Program-made: the position numbers and the translations under genes
The notes under the pieces: model-generated
Database searches by the model: none
Seen by the model: the letters and a program-made list of their open reading frames with translations, nothing else
Told to the model about the DNA's origin: nothing
Part shown: piece after piece, positions 50,694-63,000 of the stretch
How the letters are laid out: each line of letters opens with the position of its first letter
How positions within the stretch are numbered: the first letter of the stretch is position 1
Assembly (NCBI GenBank): GCA_020137815.1
Contig: CM035360.1
Coordinates: 6,200,001 to 6,264,000 of the forward strand
Origin: Hormiphora californensis
Taxonomy: Eukaryota; Animalia; Ctenophora
Length of the DNA stretch: 64,000 nt
Direction: 5' to 3'

Positions 50694-52241
50694 CTAGGCC
50701 AAAGGAGACTCAGAGTTCTCATTTCTCGTTTTAGCATAACACTCCACATCTTTTGGTGTCTCGGGGATTCGCCGTCCGGTCGTATCAGGCTGAAACCATA
50801 CTGCAAGGCCACAGAGCGCCGTCAGGACCGCAAAAACAACCAAGGGAACTCTCCTGTCTGCCACGTTGTACATGAGACTCATGTAGGGACCAATAAAAGA
50901 TCCGATCCTGGCAGAACTTGAGCTCAGGGAAAGGACCATTCCACGATGGGAGGTCGGTGCTAACTCTCCTGTAAACAGATAGAACACAGCAAACACAGCA
51001 GTTACACCCATACTCCCAATTAGACAAGACACATTCTCCAACGTCCATCTTCCCCCAAACTTAACATCAGGCATCGCAAGGAAGTAGGATGCGAAGGAGA
51101 TGGAGAGAAAGAAGAATGCGCCCTTTCTAGCACCCAGCCACTGACACACTGGGAAGGTAGAACTGTATGATATGAATTTCCCGATAGCAGCCAGTAGATA
51201 ACTGATATACAGGTCATCACTAATCTTGCCCCAACCAAATGAGAACCCGTAGAAGAGAATGGCAATGATGAACCATGACGCCATAGATCGGAGGGTTTCC
51301 TTGGTAAGAGTTGGGAAGTTCCTGAAATCTTGGATCTGACTAAGGAACCCCTGGACTCTTTTCTGGTATACGATCTCTACTTGGTCAAGGTTGATGGGGT
51401 TTCCAGCTGCCCGTGAGAAACTGGTCAGCACCCTCTTCGCCTCCTCTTCCTTGCCCTGGACCAGGAGGAACCGGGGAGACTTTGGGAGGAAAATGAGGGG
51501 AATGGCGGTGACGACATTTAGAATTGCAGCTGCCAGGAAGATCAACCTCCACTCCTTGATCACATAGGAACAGCACACAATGGCAATATACCCGCAACTC
51601 CACAAGACCTGAGTTCCCGCACTGGCTGGGTTCCTGAGGTGGGATGGTGCAAACTCTACCGCCCAGCAATAGACCCCTGTAAAGGTGATAAACTGTCCGA
51701 AACCCTGAACAATCCTTAGCAACAACAGGGTGGTGTATCCAGAGACAACTAGACCAGACAGTGACCCCACTGTTCCTATTGCAGTTCCAATCAGTGCCCC
51801 GTACTTCCTGCCGACCCTATCAAAAATAGCAGTGGAACAGAGAAGACCAAGGCATGCTCCGATGAAGAAGAACGAGTTGATGATCGGTAGCTTGTACTCA
51901 TTATCACAGTATAGACCCCAATCCAAAGCGTAGGAGGACCTTTCACTCTTCCACACAAAATCCACTTCCACCTCCAGCTCGTGATGACCACAGAGGACAT
52001 CTCGGTTGTAAATAGTGGCATTACCCACCGCCACCGCGCACCTGTGGGACACACACCGCCACTCGTTGTACGGGACATGCCCTGCGAAGATGGTCACGAA
52101 GATCTTGGCAGGGGTATTCATGGAGGGAATGGCGGCCAGGAACAGGAGACAGAGGACCCAGTTGGGACGATCCGGTACTATCTTATCAACAATCTCGTCA
52201 ACTGTTAGTCGCTGCTTTATTTCCTCTGGTTTAGGACTCAT
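50694..52241 (-). CDS. SLC22-like organic ion transporter (MFS), intronless, copy A, 515 aa
   Basis: Cys-containing loop after TM1 (DWGLYC), DRVGRK MFS motif, VEFAP..R, PKSPRFLL..G, ELAPTSHR, PDT.G..IPET. Confidence 0.92.
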   Translation of the reverse strand: MSPKPEEIKQRLTVDEIVDKIVPDRPNWVLCLLFLAAIPSMNTPAKIFVTIFAGHVPYNEWRCVSHRCAVAVGNATIYNRDVLCGHHELEVEVDFVWKSERSSYALDWGLYCDNEYKLPIINSFFFIGACLGLLCSTAIFDRVGRKYGALIGTAIGTVGSLSGLVVSGYTTLLLLRIVQGFGQFITFTGVYCWAVEFAPSHLRNPASAGTQVLWSCGYIAIVCCSYVIKEWRLIFLAAAILNVVTAIPLIFLPKSPRFLLVQGKEEEAKRVLTSFSRAAGNPINLDQVEIVYQKRVQGFLSQIQDFRNFPTLTKETLRSMASWFIIAILFYGFSFGWGKISDDLYISYLLAAIGKFISYSSTFPVCQWLGARKGAFFFLSISFASYFLAMPDVKFGGRWTLENVSCLIGSMGVTAVFAVFYLFTGELAPTSHRGMVLSLSSSSARIGSFIGPYMSLMYNVADRRVPLVVFAVLTALCGLAVWFQPDTTGRRIPETPKDVECYAKTRNENSESPLA

Positions 52242-53014
52242 GGTTTCTTTTTTTTTCTTCTAAAAGTCAGGGTGAAATTAGCAATTGTTTCTTAGGTGAA
52301 AATAACAATTATCATTCAGTTCAAGGAATTTAACATGTCCTGGCCAGTGACTACTACTACTACAGTTTATTGATAAGATAAAAGCGAAAGGGCGGCATAT
52401 TTTAAAGCAATGACAGTCTCTCTGTTCCTGCTCCTGCAGAAGAGACAAGGTTGTAACATAACGCGGTAAATGACAACACTCATTTCACCCAGACATCCAC
52501 ACTCTTCACGATCATTACCTTCACGAAGTGCAACCATATATGGGCATCACGTAGCACACAACACCATATATGGGCATCCCCACTCTCTCTTTCACGATCA
52601 TTACCTTCACACGATAGGAGAATTTCATCTTTTGGACTTTTTAATGTGATTCAGAATAAAATTAACTACCAATTCCCCATAGTATGCATGTCGATATTGG
52701 ACTCATTGATCAAATGATAAGGAGAAGTTTTAACAACCTTTATTAAATCTGAATTACTAAAGATCCATTGTTATTACCTGATCGCTGAACTGATCATCGT
52801 ATAGATCTCTCTCCACTAAGTAGACTGTCGTCGTCCAATAATTATCTCTCCATTGATCGATAAATTCCCTTGTCATTGGTACCTGCAGGAAATGAAGGAG
52901 GGAGTTTAAGGAAAAGTGAAAATATATTACTTTGGAACCAAATCAAAGGATTTCACATTTTCATATTCATTTTCATATTCATACTAATTCATGTTTCATT
53001 CATTTCAGTAAAAA

Positions 53015-54562
53015 CTAGGCCAAAGGAGACTCAGAGTTCTCATTTCTCGTTTTAGCATAACACTCCACATCTTTTGGTGTCTCGGGAATTCGCCGTCCGG
53101 TCGTATCAGGCTGGAACCACACTGCAAGGCCACAGAGCGCCGTCAGGACCGCAAAAACAACCAAGGGAACTCTCCTGTCCGCCACGTTGTACATGAGACT
53201 CATGTAGGGACCAATGAATGATCCGATCCTGGCAGAACTTGAGCTCAGGGAAAGGACCATTCCACGATGGGAGGTGGGTGCTAGCTCTCCTGTAAATAGA
53301 TAGAACACAGCAAACACAGCAGTTACACCCATACTCCCAATTAGACAAGACACATTCTCCAGCGTCCACCTTCCCCCAAACTTAACATCAGGCATCGCAA
53401 GGAAGTAGGACGCAAAGGAGATGGAGAGAAAGAAGAATGCGCCCCTTCTAGCACCCAGCCACTGACACACTGGGAAGGTAGAGCTGTAGGATATGAACTT
53501 CCCGATAGCAGCCAGTAGATAACTGATATACAGGTCATCACTAATCTTGCCCCAACCAAATGAGAACCCGTAGAAGAGAATGGCAATGATGAACCATGAC
53601 GCCATAGATCGGAGGGTTTCCTTGGTGAGGGCGGGGAAGTTCCTGAAATCTTGAATCTGACTAAGGAACCCCTGGACTCTTTTCTGGTATACGATCTCTA
53701 CTTGGTCAAGGTTGATGGGGTTTCCAGCTGCCCGTGAGAAACTGGTCAGCACCCTCTTAGCCTCCTCTTCCTTGCCCTGGACCAGGAGGAACCGGGGAGA
53801 CTTTGGGAGGAAAATGAGGGGAATGGCGGTGACGACATTTAGAATTGCAGCTGCCAGGAAGATCAACCTCCACTCCTTGATCACGTAGGAACAACACACA
53901 ATGGCAATATACCCGCAACTCCACAGAACCTGAGTTCCCGCACTGGCTGGGTTCCTGAGGTGGGATGGTGCAAACTCTACCGCCCAGCAATAGACCCCTG
54001 TAAAGGTGATAAACTGTCCGAAACCCTGAACAATTCTCAGCAACAACAGGGTGGTGTATCCAGAGACAACTAGTCCCGACAGTGACCCCACTGTTCCTAT
54101 TGCAGTTCCAATGAGTGCCCCGTACTTCCTGCCGACCCTATCAAAAATAGCAGTGGAACAGAGAAGACCAAGGCAAGCTCCGATGAAGAAGAACGAGTTG
54201 ATGATAGGTAGCTTGTACTCATCATCACAGTATAGACCCCAATCCAAAGCGTAGGAGGACCTCTCACTCTTCCACACAAAATCCACTTCCACCTCCAGCT
54301 CGTGATGGCCACATAGGACATCCCGGTTGTAAATAGTGGCATTACCCACCGCCACTGCGCACCTGTGGGACACACACCGCCACTCGTTGTACGGGACATG
54401 CCCAGCGAAGATGGTCACGAAGATCTTGGCAGGCGTATTCATGGAGGGGATGGCGGCTAGGAACAGTAGACAGAGAACCCAGTTGGGACGATCCGGAACT
54501 ATCTTATCAACAATCTCATCAACTGTTAGCCGCTGCTTTATATCCTCTGAGTTTAGAGTCAT
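53015..54562 (-). CDS. SLC22-like organic ion transporter (MFS), intronless, copy B, 515 aa
   Basis: Nearly identical protein to copy A. Differences are at the N-terminus and a few scattered residues. Confidence 0.92.
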   Translation of the reverse strand: MTLNSEDIKQRLTVDEIVDKIVPDRPNWVLCLLFLAAIPSMNTPAKIFVTIFAGHVPYNEWRCVSHRCAVAVGNATIYNRDVLCGHHELEVEVDFVWKSERSSYALDWGLYCDDEYKLPIINSFFFIGACLGLLCSTAIFDRVGRKYGALIGTAIGTVGSLSGLVVSGYTTLLLLRIVQGFGQFITFTGVYCWAVEFAPSHLRNPASAGTQVLWSCGYIAIVCCSYVIKEWRLIFLAAAILNVVTAIPLIFLPKSPRFLLVQGKEEEAKRVLTSFSRAAGNPINLDQVEIVYQKRVQGFLSQIQDFRNFPALTKETLRSMASWFIIAILFYGFSFGWGKISDDLYISYLLAAIGKFISYSSTFPVCQWLGARRGAFFFLSISFASYFLAMPDVKFGGRWTLENVSCLIGSMGVTAVFAVFYLFTGELAPTSHRGMVLSLSSSSARIGSFIGPYMSLMYNVADRRVPLVVFAVLTALCGLAVWFQPDTTGRRIPETPKDVECYAKTRNENSESPLA

Positions 54563-56525
54563 GGTTTCTTTTTTTCTAAAAGTCAGGGTGAAATTAGCAA
54601 TTGTTTCTTAGGTGAAAATAACAATTGAGGTGAAATTAACAATTATCATTCACTTGAAGGAATTTAACATGTCCTGGCCAGTGACTACTACTACAACAGT
54701 TTATTGATAAGATAAAAGCGAAAGGGCGGCAATGACAGTCTCTCTGTTCCTGCTGCAGAAGAGACAAGGTTGTAACATAACGCGGTAAATGACAACACTC
54801 ATTTCACCAAGACATCCACACTCTCTCTCCTTCACGATCATTACCTTCACGAAGTTCATCTTTTGGACTTTTTAATGTGATTCAAAATAAAATTAACTAC
54901 CAAGTCCCCATAGTATGCATGTAGCTATATATAGGCCAAATGTAGCTATATATATATGCCAAATCAAAGAAAATATGAAACCAATCAACCAATAAATAGC
55001 TAACAAACCTTTAGAATCGAATGCTACCATATGAAGTTATCACGGAGAAACAATTATAAGGATACCAGGGTCCAGACTCCAAGAGGTCCGAAGTAGTCGA
55101 AAATCTGAAGGAAGATAGTGGTGTTAAAAGACCCTAAATTGGTTTTTTGGGTTTTCAAGTGATCATATTGTCAGTAACATGTCATGGCAGAAATACGCCA
55201 CGTAGGCAGGAATATGCCGTATGGCGTATACCTTCGCAGACACAACAACTCCTACTCTTGGTTAAAAGGGAGACCCCGGAGAGAGATACCTAAGCCGATT
55301 TTACCTAGACCGCAGTTTATCCATTCTTTGATACCTACTCTGAAAACCAAATGTTTTAATTCTTGTTCACGGCCCTCTTATCAATATCTCAGGTTCCTGA
55401 TAAGATAGAGACATGATCTTGATTACGTACTCAATAAGATCTTTTCAACGCAACGAAGATCAAGTTCTTATCTCATCAGAAAGTGGAGATATACGGTGCA
55501 CCACACAGCTTGATAATAAAATTACCCCTCCGCGAAAGCAACAATAGGGTTGACTTCGTAACCAACCACACAGAATAAAAGGGTTTTTAATGTTTGGAAT
55601 TTTTGATACCCGATAATGGTCGAGTAATTTTTAGGGTCCAAGGCCAGGAGCACTGAGCAGAGGATCACACAATTTCAATGTTTCCTATTATCATACATAG
55701 CATTGCTCAGGACTGTCCACATGTCCACATGGACACTGGACTTGGTGACGCAGTCACCCTTACAACTCGTGCGCGTAGCGCACGAAAACGAAGCCCGCGA
55801 AGCGGGCTGAGTGATGGCATCACCAAACACTGGACATTGTCCAGTGTCACTTGTCCATGTCCATGTCCCGCACAACTCGTGGTGATCACTGATGATATGT
55901 GAACACCTGCATTCCTGCAGTATTACAAGGGCTCGTGGCTTTACTCAATGACTGCGAAAGGGCCCAGCGGAATCACTAGGAAAATGATTCGCTGCCTAAT
56001 TCATTAATGTCACGTTTTTATCTTTGGTTCCAGGAATGGCTTCTATTTTTACATAATCCGGTATAATTCATCCGGCGCTGTATATATCATATCATATTCC
56101 GGATTCCCAGGTATGTGGGGCTGTTTGAAACAAGGCTGGGTATTTCTAATCTGGGCAGAGCAGTAAGACCTTTTCTGTTATCTGTTTGGATTGAAGCATT
56201 GTCTCTGTTCTCGTAACACGAAGTGCACTACCACCCCCAGACAGCCGATGCAAAGTTCTGTTCCACAAATACAGTGTATCCCTTGTTTCCTGGTTTAATA
56301 ACGTTGTGAAAGGGCTGCCCCTAATTACTGAATACAATTAGAAATACACACTTAATGTTCCCCACCGGCCCACCACTTCCTCTCCCTCTCCAAGTTCCAC
56401 TTTCACATGGTCTAAAATACATGTGTAGTTTTAGTGATATTTACAATTGCCGCTGGCTAGTAGCCAGTTCCTCTAAATGCTTTTGGAAATCAGATCAAAA
56501 CAGAAAGCGCTGCGTTCAACCTGCT

Positions 56526-56913
56526 ATAAGGAACCATAATAAAGTTCAAGAGCCTCCAAGAGCACCCAAGAGCGCACCCGATCGAAGAGAGACCACACCT
56601 GAGAGCGCACCACATCCAAAAGAGACCACATCCAAGAGCGCACCACCTCCAGAAGACACCACTTTAAGAGCGCACCACATCAAAGAGAGCTCCCCATCCA
56701 GAAGATACCACGCGCAGGGGACACCACGCGCAGAAGAGACCAGCGCGGCGTTGTATTTGCGCGTGCGGTCTCTTCTGCGCGTGGTGTCCCCTGCGCGCGG
56801 TATCTTCTGGATGGGGAGCTCTCTTTGATGTGGTGCGCTCTTGGAGTGGTGTCTTTTGGAGGTGGTACGCTCTTGGATGGGGTGCGCTCCTGAACTTTAT
56901 TATGGTTCCTTAT
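56526..56913. mobile_element. Palindromic MITE with internal AAGAGCGCACCAC-type subrepeats
   Basis: ATAAGGAACCATAATAAAGTTCA ... TGAACTTTATTATGGTTCCTTAT with mirrored interior centred at ~56750. Confidence 0.82.
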
Positions 56914-57362
56914 TATACCATGCTTGCCCCGTGCAGCTCCTGAGTCCTGATGGGTCCTGCACTAAGGCTCATTGAATTTGTTGTTTTTAGCAAAAATGTG
57001 ATTACAGCTCAGGAAAAGTTCATTTCGGCATTTCCAATTCCCATATATCTTGTTTTGCGGTCCCTTTATTATATAATACCTCCCCACACGAGAATTGAGG
57101 TAGTTTAGTGTAGAATAAATGAGGACTCCTAGAAAACCGTACACAATTGATACACTCCTGCACTCCATCGTTATAATAGGGAGCCCCCCCCCCCCTTTTG
57201 ATATCAATTATCAAGAGGTTTACATTTTGCACAATTTTTGCACCTGCATTCTGCAATGCCGTGTAATTGTTTGTGCAACATCTAATTCCTTGCAGCTTCA
57301 TTGCTATTTGCTCTTCCTCTCTCTACACCCACAGTTTACCTTTCAATCTCTTAGCAGATATA

Positions 57363-58997
57363 ATGGACGAAACACCGCTCAAATCAGAACCCGAGGATCA
57401 AGAGACCCCTCTGAAATCAGAACCCGAGGATAACGAGACCCCTCTGAAATCAGAACCAGGAGAGCAGAAGGAATCTCTCACTATCGATGACATCGTTGAC
57501 CGAATAGTGCCCAGTATCAATATCCGTCTGATATTGTTGTTCCTGGCTATGACGTGGACTACTTGGAACACCGCCTCAAACATCTACATCGTGGTATTTA
57601 CAGGGTTCATCCCCTACACAGAGTGGGAGTGTGTGTCAGAGGGATGCTGGGAGGTCCTGGAACAAGCAAACAACACTATTTCCAAGAATGTGATGTGTGA
57701 CAACAACCTGATTGCCGGGGAGGACTTCAACTGGACAACTGTGAGGACATCTTTTGCAATTGACTGGGGATTTTACTGTGAACAAGACGTGAAACTACCT
57801 GTTGTGACCAGTTTCTTTTTCGTCGGAGCTTGCTTGGGTCTTCTCTGTTCCACTGCAATCTTTGATAGGGTCGGCAGGAAGTACGGGGCACTGATTGGTA
57901 TTTCCCTGGGCACCCTTGGCACGGCTATCGGTATCTTTGTCAACCATTACTACCTCATGTTGGCATTACGGGTGATCCAGGGGTTCGGTCAGTTTATTGG
58001 TTGGACCGGTGTCTACTGTCTAATTGTTGAGTTTGCTCCCACTAAACTCCGGAACCCAGTCAGCGCTTCCTGCCTTATCATGTGGAGCTGTGGGTACATT
58101 GTCATTGTTTGTCTCTCCTACACCATTACCAGCTGGAGGTTTATCTTCCTGGCAGCTGCAATTCTAAATGTCGTCACCGCCATTCCCCTCATTTTCCTCC
58201 CAAAGTCTCCCCGGTTCCTCCTGGTCCAGGGCAAGGAAGAGGAGGCTAAGAGGGTACTGGCCAGTTTCTCACGGGCAGCTGGAAACCCCATCAACCTTGA
58301 GGAGGTTGAGATCGTCTACAAGAAGCGGGTCCTCACATTCCTGGAACAGGTCAAAGATTTCAACAAATACCGTACAATGGCTAAGGAGACATTCCTTCTC
58401 ACAATTTCCTGGTTCATTATTGCCGTGATATTCTACGGATATGCTTTCGGTTGGGGTAAAATTAGTGATGATCTGTACGCTAGCTACCTGCTCGGAGCAT
58501 GTGGTAAGTTCATTGCGTTCTCCTCAACAATCCCTGTCTGTAAGTGGCTGGGTCCAAGAAGGGCCATCCTGTTTTTCCTTGCCATCGCTATCGCCTCCAA
58601 CTTCATAGCCATGCCAGACTTGATGTTTGGGGAGAAGTGGTCCTTGGAATATGTGGCCTGTTTGATAGGCAGTATGGGAGTCTCTGCAGCATTTGGTGTC
58701 ATTTATCTGTTTACGAGTGAGCTAGCACCAACCTCCCATCGTGGAATGGTCCTTTCCCTGAGCTCAAGTTCTGCCAGGATCGGATCTTTTATTGGGCCCT
58801 ACATGAGTCTCATGTATAACGTGGCGGACAGGAGAGTTCCCTTGGTTGTTTTTGCGGTCCTAATGGCAGTATGTGGTCTTGCAGCGTGGTTCCAGCCTGA
58901 TACAACCGGACGGCGAATCCCTGAGACACCAAAAGATGTGGAAATGTACGCTGGGAAGAAAAAGTATCAGGAAATTGAGAATGAAGCGAAAGCATGA
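57363..58997 (+). CDS. SLC22-like organic ion transporter (MFS), intronless, divergent copy C
   Basis: Same SLC22 motifs. True start is probably the ATG at 57363 (MDETPLKSEP), just after a TAGCAG acceptor-like site. Confidence 0.92.
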   Translation: MDETPLKSEPEDQETPLKSEPEDNETPLKSEPGEQKESLTIDDIVDRIVPSINIRLILLFLAMTWTTWNTASNIYIVVFTGFIPYTEWECVSEGCWEVLEQANNTISKNVMCDNNLIAGEDFNWTTVRTSFAIDWGFYCEQDVKLPVVTSFFFVGACLGLLCSTAIFDRVGRKYGALIGISLGTLGTAIGIFVNHYYLMLALRVIQGFGQFIGWTGVYCLIVEFAPTKLRNPVSASCLIMWSCGYIVIVCLSYTITSWRFIFLAAAILNVVTAIPLIFLPKSPRFLLVQGKEEEAKRVLASFSRAAGNPINLEEVEIVYKKRVLTFLEQVKDFNKYRTMAKETFLLTISWFIIAVIFYGYAFGWGKISDDLYASYLLGACGKFIAFSSTIPVCKWLGPRRAILFFLAIAIASNFIAMPDLMFGEKWSLEYVACLIGSMGVSAAFGVIYLFTSELAPTSHRGMVLSLSSSSARIGSFIGPYMSLMYNVADRRVPLVVFAVLMAVCGLAAWFQPDTTGRRIPETPKDVEMYAGKKKYQEIENEAKA

Positions 58998-60047
58998 ATG
59001 AAAACAGACGTGAGATTGCCGGGATACTGTTATTTTGAAATGATGTCTTGTTCTTAGCATCTGGTGATTATTACGGCCAGCAGTTTAACTTTAAATCTAT
59101 AAATCAAATCGATATTTTAACGAAAAATTTGTTTAAATTTGTCTCTCCCCGTTGGTCGGCATTGTCAGACATGGAAAATTGGTAAAAGGGACTGGAGCGT
59201 ATGCCAACGTAAAAGGTAAGATTATTGAGTAAAAATATTTTCCACTTTCATTATTACACATAAGAAGTCATAGATTCAGTCACACAGTATTTAGGAGACC
59301 TTCCTGACAAATTGTTGTCATATTGGGTTTATAAACTAAATCCCTTTTTATGATCCTTTAGCTGCCTGTGAAGCAGTTCTTCCGTCCTTTTCTTTGATTA
59401 ATCTTTTTAATCTTAAAACACACGGAATAGGCACGGAATGAACAATATGTTTTGACCTACTGTAGCTGTAGTACTACACAACGTGCTGTGTTCCTATTCT
59501 GTCAACATGTACATTGTATACCTTGCAGTTCTAGCAGAGAGATACCAATTTGGGCACTTGTGAATGTGTTTTACTCTTCTATAGTGTACATTGACACACT
59601 GCATGTAGCGCTTAAATTCCGCATTAGCATGACAAGATATTCAGAGTCGTTTACTTCATGCTAAAGCTCAAGTCTTGTTTTTAGACCATGCAGGTGTATT
59701 ATGCTTGTTTTTATCATCATGCATCTCTTGTAACTCACATAATGTATGAACTCGACTTTTAGCATTCCTAGACTCTATCACGGGGGATTACGGATCCGCT
59801 GCCTAAGTCTCTATATCTTGGTGATCCTATTATGTGTAGGAATCTAGTTGACATCACTTGCACTGGATTGCCCAAAACGCTACATACGCTCCACAGTAGT
59901 CGAGTTGATTCAACTCAGTTTAACCTGCTTTTTGTATTTGATTTCATCTGAATTAACTTGAATGTAGTACACTGTAAAACCTTGTTCCCAATTGTTAACT
60001 AAACCGCAATCCAAGCTTGGGAACTCCGGAACCCGCCTGCAGCCAAT

Positions 60048-63000
60048 ATGAGTGAAGAGGGAGAGAGGACTAACGGTATCCCAATGGAGACCAATGCCAC
60101 CGAGGAAATGGGGGAGGAGGATTATATGCGAATCAGAAAAGGGGTAACGAGTAAAGAGAGTTTCGACACTTATCTTCGATTTGCGGGATCAAGCACATCG
60201 GAATAAGTCATATTGTGTGATTATATCCAGTGGGCTCGCTCTAAACGCCACCACTATCCCAGTATCCCCCTCTCTCGCAATATCGTTAACATGGTTAATG
60301 ACCACCAGCAATCAATGACAGAACTGTGTTTCAGTTGAAGTACCCGGTTGATAAGAATCCCAGTATTGGCATGTCCATTCTTCTTGGGTTCCAACAGTAC
60401 CTCATCATGTTTGGACCTACCTTTGCCATTCCAATTATCCTGGCACCCAACTTGTGTATCAAAGGTATGAAACATTCTCATTCCACCTATGTTTCAATAC
60501 TGTTTTTAATAAACTGAGCATCTTTGATGTCACTTGTTGCCTAATATCAACACACCAACTCCAGATAACTCGATCGCAACTGGAAAACTTCTGAACTCAA
60601 TGTTTATGGTCTCGGGAATTTCCACCCTCTTACAGGTAAGGAAAATAGTACTTCCTGCTTCTCTTCAGGCCCTTCTTGGGGTGCTTCTTAGCTTCACTCC
60701 AGAGTCCAGAAGTTGAGTCAGCCCGAAAACATTGGGGTTCCACCTCATATGGTTGATATGTTTCTCTATCGTTTTATTATCTCATTGTCCAGGTATTCTT
60801 TGGTACTCGTCTCCCGATCATTCAGAGTGGATCATACGTGTACTTTGCAGTGGCAGCAGGAATCATGACGAACTACCCGTGTGAAGATAGTTATGTTAAT
60901 GGTGAGAGCTCCATCTCATCTTCTCTTCCTGAAAGAGTTCAGTTGTGCCTGACCCTCCTACAGTTCTTTCAAAATTAAATCTAGACATAGGATCGGGGTC
61001 AAACTTTAAAAAGCATTATTACTTTCTGTAATCGAGGGAAGATTGGATTTATAAAAAAAAAATAAAAGGCATGAATCCATTATTATTACTTTCTGTAGAA
61101 GACGGTGAAGCTGTGAACTACGATCCTAACTGGGAAGATAGAGTTGCTCTACTTCAAGGGAACCTCATGTTAGCTAGTCTTACACAGGTCGGTCACAGCA
61201 AATTTAGAAGCATTTGCTTTCAACATTTGGAATAAAGATCTATAATTCTAACACTCGATCTCTGTGTTCTTATATTGTCTGTCAAACTAGACTCATAACC
61301 CCTATTCAGTTTGTGTTTGGTGGGTTTGGACTGGCTGGACTACTGCTCAAGATCATAGGACCCATCACTATCACTATCGTCATCTCTGTAATTGGACTGT
61401 CACTGATAGACGTGGCGATCGATTCTTCTAGTCAGAACTGGGGCATCTCATTGGGGTAAATAATTACTCAAAGATGACCTCATAATCCGCCGTCTCAATA
61501 TGAAATTCATTTTACTTTGCTTGGACACTTTGGGAGCCTATGCTTCCTCCTTTAAAACGGTACGTTTCAGGACGGTGATATTAATAACGGTGCTTTCTGA
61601 GTACCTGAAGAATGTCAAGATTCCAGTTCCTGTCTACAGACGAGGGGAAGGATGTGGGATTTCCTGGTTGAACCTCTTCTCTACACTATCAGTGAGTGTC
61701 TCAGATATCATTGAGTGTGGTTTATCCAGTTACCTAGCTAGACTCTGTTTCGCTCTGTTACAAATGTAAAGGAGGGTTAGAACATAACAATATCCAGTGA
61801 GGCGTAACCCATAATTTCTTCAGATTATCATCTCTATTGCAATTATGTGGATATTATGTGCCATTTTGACTGCTAGCAATGTATTTGAGGATGGAAATCC
61901 TGCCAGTACTAGGGGGCTATCCGAGAAACTGGAAGCTGCAAACTGGTTCTACTTTCCTTACCCAGGTCTGCTTCTTGGTTTTTGTCTCTCTCACCTAGCT
62001 CTTTTCTCTCCTCTTTTGATCATGATATCTCGATAGGAGGAAATAATGAAATATTCAACGCTCTGTCCGTTTCAGGTCAATTTGGAATGCCGAAAGTCTC
62101 ACTAGGGGGATTTATTGGTATGTTTGCTGGAGTACTTGCAGGAATCATTGAGAGCCTGGGTGATTATTATGCGTGTGCTAAACTTGCTGGTGCCCCACCC
62201 CCACCAACGTAGGTGTATATATCATTTGGGTTGGGAGATAACACAGTCACTTAAGTCCAAACTCCAAATCAATAACTCAATTCTCAATAAATATGTGCTC
62301 TAGGTATGCGATCAACAGAGGAATTCTCCTGGAGGGAGTTGGGTGTTTTGTTGCTGGGTTGGTAGGACCTGGAGTTGGGGTAACCAGCTACACGGAGAAC
62401 GTGGGCGCCATCAGCCTCACTAAGGTACACATTATTTTGATTTGTGTAGCTCACACTGCACTCTATGAGGGTTCGGCAGATTACTAAGCTAAGGTACATC
62501 TGACAAGTGCCTCACTATAAAGGCACATCATGATCTGACAATTTTATCTTTTTATCACCAAATCAATTGGTGTACATCTCTTGGTTCAATAATGCAAGTT
62601 GTTTTATTACGTTATGTCCTATGCACCAGGTTGGAAGTAGGGCGGTGATTGTGTGTAGTGGGGTGTTCATGATAGTAATAGCGTGTATTGGCAAAGTGGG
62701 AGTCCTCTTCTCCTCCCTTCCTGAGCCCATTATCGGTGGAATGTACATTGTTATGTTTGGGATCATTGGTGCTGTCGGAATATCCAACCTTCAGGTACTG
62801 GGTAATTATCTATCCTTTCATTTATTTATTTTCCTAGAACATAACCAAGCCACAAGCCAACATTCTAAATCAATAGTCAGTCCATTTTATATGCATACAT
62901 TTATCTCCAGGTCTCCGTGGTTCGTACTTTTATACTCAATCTTCATTTTCAGTTTGTGGACCTGACCTCCTCCAGGAATATCTTTATCATCGGTCTATCA

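Larger units (their letters stand above)
50360..54920. repeat. Tandem segmental duplication (~2.3-kb unit) carrying the SLC22-like gene
   Basis: Flanks are duplicated with the ORF, e.g. TTTAACAACCTTTATTAAATCTG at ~50404 and ~52729, and CCCCATAGTATGCATGT at ~52675 and ~54906. Confidence 0.92.

Noticed and set aside
56355-56828. 157-aa ORF
   Set aside because: Mostly runs through a palindromic MITE with subrepeats; no domain evidence.
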